Source of the DNA: an uncultured Defluviitaleaceae bacterium
Lineage (GTDB): Bacteria > Bacillota > Clostridia > Lachnospirales > CAYPQA01
Reading direction: 5' to 3'
Length of the DNA stretch: 64,000 nt
NCBI GenBank assembly: GCA_964611385.1
Contig: CAZSXS010000004.1
Location: forward strand, 1,782 to 65,781
The translations under genes and the position numbers were made by a program. A model generated the notes under the pieces. That model had not been told where the DNA came from, did no database searches, and was given only the letters and a program-made list of their open reading frames with translations. Positions within the stretch are counted from its first letter, which is position 1; each line of letters starts with the position of its first letter. Below, in pieces: positions 60,818-64,000 of this stretch.

Positions 60818-61741
60818 ATGGATGAGGTTATGAGAAATCAGAGTAAGGAACTTGCAAAGCGTTATCATGAAGCGATTGAGAGCTTTGTGGACAAGGTTCG
60901 TGGCGACCCAAATGTAATTGCTGTTATTGTATATGGCAGTGCGGCACGGGGAGCAGTTTGGGAGCGGAGTGATATTGATATTGATGTCATAATACGAGAT
61001 CAGAAACTTGATAAAAAGAGTTTTTGTTTGTATGAAGATAATATATTACTAAACATAGGTATCGGTCAGCGTAGTGATATGCGACGCTATATGGAAAAAA
61101 CATTAACAGGCTCGGTAGGTCATTCCTTTGCTACAACATCAAAGGTGGTATATACCACGGACGAAACTATCAACGAATATTTCGAGGAAAACAAGAAAAT
61201 CGGACAAGCAGACGTTGAAAAAAGCATCTTCTTTTCCATTATGGGGCTTCTGGGTACCATGGAAAAGGTGGAAAAATGGATTGTCACCATAAACGACCTT
61301 ACCTATGCACGGTATTATCTCACCATCGCCGCTGATGGGGTGGCAAAAATTGAGGTATCCTCACACAATGAAGTACCCACCCGTGAAGCCATACGGCAAG
61401 CGGAAAGGCTTAACCCTGCGCTTATGAAAAAATTTTATCATAGACCGCTTGCAGGTGATATGACGAGAGAAGAAATTTTAGCAACCCTCAAAGATATGGA
61501 CGACTATCTTATGACACATATTGATGCTGTACTTAATGTCGTAAGAGGACTGTTTGGCGATGGCGAAATAAAAACAGGTACACAAATCAGTAATTATTAC
61601 AATGCGAGTATGCATGATTTGCACGGTATTTTAGATTGGTTATGCGATAAAAATTATCTTATCAAACTTTCGCAGACCATACGCATTACACCAAAAAGTA
61701 GGCTTGCAGTAGAAGAAGCGGCATTTATGATGCCTGTGTAA
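60818..61741 (+). CDS. Pol-beta-fold nucleotidyltransferase with helical C-terminal domain
   Basis: VIVYGSAARGAVWERSDIDIDVII (the GS...DxD minimal NTase motif) and RBS AGGAGG. Confidence 0.7.
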   Translation: MDEVMRNQSKELAKRYHEAIESFVDKVRGDPNVIAVIVYGSAARGAVWERSDIDIDVIIRDQKLDKKSFCLYEDNILLNIGIGQRSDMRRYMEKTLTGSVGHSFATTSKVVYTTDETINEYFEENKKIGQADVEKSIFFSIMGLLGTMEKVEKWIVTINDLTYARYYLTIAADGVAKIEVSSHNEVPTREAIRQAERLNPALMKKFYHRPLAGDMTREEILATLKDMDDYLMTHIDAVLNVVRGLFGDGEIKTGTQISNYYNASMHDLHGILDWLCDKNYLIKLSQTIRITPKSRLAVEEAAFMMPV

Positions 61742-61771
61742 CTTGTTATGCATCCCAGGAGGTAAATACAC

Positions 61772-62866
61772 ATGCCAGACTTAATCAAAAACAGATACAA
61801 TCACGAATCACTTCGAGAACTCGCCTTGGACATTCAATCGGTCTATAGCGAATTTCAGATAGACGAGTTTTTATTATCAACAATGAATGAAACATGGGAA
61901 AATTTAGAGCTAAAAGATAGATTAATACAAATAAGTATGAACTTGGGTAAATACTTGCCTGGGGATTATAAAACAGCCATTGGTATTATTGATAAAGTGG
62001 TCATGAACTATGGCACCTGGCTGGACGGCTTTGTTGTCTTCTTTCCAATTTTTGTTGAGATTTACGGGCAAGATGAAGCCAATTGGGATGTTTCTATGGC
62101 TGCCTTGGCGAGATATACTCAGTATGCATCTTCGGAGCTTGCAGTAAGGTCATTCATCATTAACCACGAAAAGCGTATGATGGCACAGATGTATGCTTGG
62201 TCCAAGAATGAAAATGAGCTGGTCCGAAGGCTTGCTTGTGAAGGTTGTCGCCCTCAATTGCCGTGGGGGCAGGCATTAACCAGTTTCAAAAAAGACCCTA
62301 CGCCTATCTTGCCTATCTTGGAACAACTGAAGGTCGACCCGTCGCTTCATGTACGAAAAAGTGTCGCCAATAACCTAAACGACATTTCCAAGACACACCC
62401 GGATTTAGTTGTAAAGCTTGCAAAGGATTGGTACGGTAAAAATGAGAATACAGACTGGATCGTAAAGCATGGTTGCAGGACACTACTTAAAAAAGGGAAC
62501 CGTGATCTCCTGGCTCTTGTTGGATATGATGATGATACTTCAATTGATATCCATGACTTTGCTTTAGATGAAACATTGATTTCGATTGGTGAGGATATTA
62601 CTTTTTCTTTTGTAGTTTTGGCAAAGGAAGCGACAAAAGTACGATTGGAATATGGAATCGACTATGTGAAATCCAATGACAAAAGAAACAGAAAAATATT
62701 TAAAATATCGGAAGTTTCAGTAAAAGAAAATGAAAAGAAGTTATACCAGAAAAAACATTCCTTTGCAGATCTAAGTGTAAGGAAGCATTACCCAGGTATC
62801 CATTCGATTACGCTTATTGTCAATGGGGTAGAGCAGGGCAAACTGGATTTTGAGTTGACAGAATAA
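61772..62866 (+). CDS. HEAT-like-repeat DNA alkylation repair protein (AlkC/AlkD superfamily) with beta-rich C-terminal domain
   Basis: LVRRLACEGCRPQLPWGQAL and HVRKSVANNLNDISKTHPD resemble the DNA_alkylation family. The last ~110 aa are beta-rich, as in AlkC proteins that carry an Ig-like domain. This is by-eye only. Confidence 0.6.
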   Translation: MPDLIKNRYNHESLRELALDIQSVYSEFQIDEFLLSTMNETWENLELKDRLIQISMNLGKYLPGDYKTAIGIIDKVVMNYGTWLDGFVVFFPIFVEIYGQDEANWDVSMAALARYTQYASSELAVRSFIINHEKRMMAQMYAWSKNENELVRRLACEGCRPQLPWGQALTSFKKDPTPILPILEQLKVDPSLHVRKSVANNLNDISKTHPDLVVKLAKDWYGKNENTDWIVKHGCRTLLKKGNRDLLALVGYDDDTSIDIHDFALDETLISIGEDITFSFVVLAKEATKVRLEYGIDYVKSNDKRNRKIFKISEVSVKENEKKLYQKKHSFADLSVRKHYPGIHSITLIVNGVEQGKLDFELTE

Positions 62867-62951
62867 CCACTGGTTTCTGAGCGTACAAGCCTATGAAACT
62901 TCAAGAATAGCCCATTTTGTTTATCCCCATCCCCCCAAAGAAAGGAGACCC

Positions 62952-64000
62952 ATGGACAAAATCAAAGCCAACTACAATAATACCCAGCGCTTATTTACAG
63001 AAATGCTCCAAAGCACTGGAGTGCGATATGAGTTTTTCAGTGATCACATGACAGATGTTTTCAAGAAAAGGTGGTATAACAGCTTTATTCCGCCCAAATT
63101 ACAATCCTATGCAAAAGATCACGCTTTTCATTATGAGATTCCTGGAGGGTATCTCTGGCATGTCTTTAGTTACGGCCACTTAGACTGCATAAAGGAGAGC
63201 AGTGCTTGTAAGGTCTTTGACGCACAATCCAAGGAGGATTGCATACTTTTTTTCAGCGACGAGAACTTCTCGTTCAAGATCAAAAATAACGACAGCCTCA
63301 CCGCTGAACTCCTGAACGAGTTTGATGAGGTGTTTGTCACCAGCTCAGACTTTACATGGACATATATCCATACACACGAAAAAGACTGCGGCCCTTATTT
63401 TTACCAAAAGGGTGCCCAAACTAAAAAGGATCTCATACGCAGCATGATGAAGCGCCCGGCTTTATATGTAGGTAAATATCGGCTTGACTATTTCTATCAC
63501 TTCTTAAATGGATACTTTGTTTCTCATAGCCAGACCTTTCCTGACAGCGACTGGGCTATTGAATATGATTTGGAGAAATGGCTGCTCGTCAATGAATCTG
63601 CTTCCATCAGAGGAGCCGCTTCGATTAATAGCTGGAGCCTGTTCTTTGTGTGCTTTGGCGTGAGAGACTTGGCGATGAGCGCGTTCAAACGTTTCTTGGA
63701 TGGTGATGCGTTGACAGAAAGAAGGACTGGAGATTCAACGGATTTATTAAAGGAATCCCCTGCGCATAAAATTAGTTCGGCTCGTTCGTTGATTGAAGAA
63801 CAAGAGGCCTCTCAGAAACAGGGCGAGGCTGTGTCTGCCCAACCAAATCAAGCAGATCTGTCTTGCCCAAATCAACAAAATCAACAAAATCAACTAAACT
63901 ACCCCAACAAATTCAACACACTCCTAAACTACATCTACAGCATAATCCAAGCACCCGTCAAAGAAATCAAAGTATACCTTTTCTTTACCGACTATTTCAT
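62952..64000 (+). CDS. Hypothetical protein, 3' end off window (at least 349 aa)
   Basis: Not in the track because the frame is open-ended. ATG 62952 follows AAAGGAGA. I translated it without stops: MDKIKANYNNTQRLF...YLWHVFSYGHL... (DUF4275-like by memory), then KRPALYVGKYRLDYFYHFLNGY and a Q/N-rich tract QPNQADLSCPNQQNQQNQLNYPN. Confidence 0.6.
   Translation, partial: MDKIKANYNNTQRLFTEMLQSTGVRYEFFSDHMTDVFKKRWYNSFIPPKLQSYAKDHAFHYEIPGGYLWHVFSYGHLDCIKESSACKVFDAQSKEDCILFFSDENFSFKIKNNDSLTAELLNEFDEVFVTSSDFTWTYIHTHEKDCGPYFYQKGAQTKKDLIRSMMKRPALYVGKYRLDYFYHFLNGYFVSHSQTFPDSDWAIEYDLEKWLLVNESASIRGAASINSWSLFFVCFGVRDLAMSAFKRFLDGDALTERRTGDSTDLLKESPAHKISSARSLIEEQEASQKQGEAVSAQPNQADLSCPNQQNQQNQLNYPNKFNTLLNYIYSIIQAPVKEIKVYLFFTDYF

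Noticed and set aside
1-64000. Search for tRNA, rRNA, tmRNA, riboswitch or T-box leaders, integrases, transposases, prophage or restriction/defence gene signatures.
   Set aside because: I recognised none by eye. The longer untranslated regions are explained by repeat elements, promoters or terminators. A covariance-model scan (Infernal/Rfam, tRNAscan) would be needed to exclude small RNAs.

Overview
This 64 kb window looks like a chromosomal segment of a Gram-positive, spore-forming anaerobe (Clostridia). The gene content includes an Etf-coupled FAD lactate-dehydrogenase-type cluster, an MtaA/URO-D-family methyltransferase and dipicolinate synthase. Together with mid-range GC, this fits an Eubacterium/Acetobacterium-like acetogen, but that taxon guess is low confidence. 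I support about 55 protein-coding genes. Three are absent from the supplied ORF track or mis-started in it because they run off the window or are frameshifted: a BlaR1-like gene at 1-2605 (-), a frameshifted ABC exporter at 39969-41779 (+), and a partial gene at 62952-64000 (+). I saw no rRNA, tRNA, CRISPR array, integrase, transposase or phage genes. The most interesting loci are these. (1) A bla-type divergon (BlaI-like repressor plus M56 BlaR1-like sensor with a non-PBP ectodomain and tandem TACAnnTGTA operators) faces a UvrA paralogue that lacks the UvrB-binding domain. (2) A translationally coupled operon encodes a URO-D/MtaA-family protein fused to a CxxC thioredoxin-like domain, a second small CxxC thioredoxin-like protein and a COG0523-type G3E GTPase. 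(3) Three families of highly structured, MITE-like intergenic repeats occur 3-6 times each. They cluster in the same intergenic hotspots and abut stop codons. (4) An AT-rich block (~54-62 kb) carries a poly-HAMP chemoreceptor, a degenerate methyltransferase-like protein, a metallophosphoesterase, a SAM methyltransferase, a DUF2809-GH25 muramidase fusion, a nucleotidyltransferase and an AlkC-like protein. (5) Gene-decay signatures include a frameshifted ABC half-transporter and an ABC ATPase/permease deletion scar. All domain calls come from reading motifs by eye; no database search was run.
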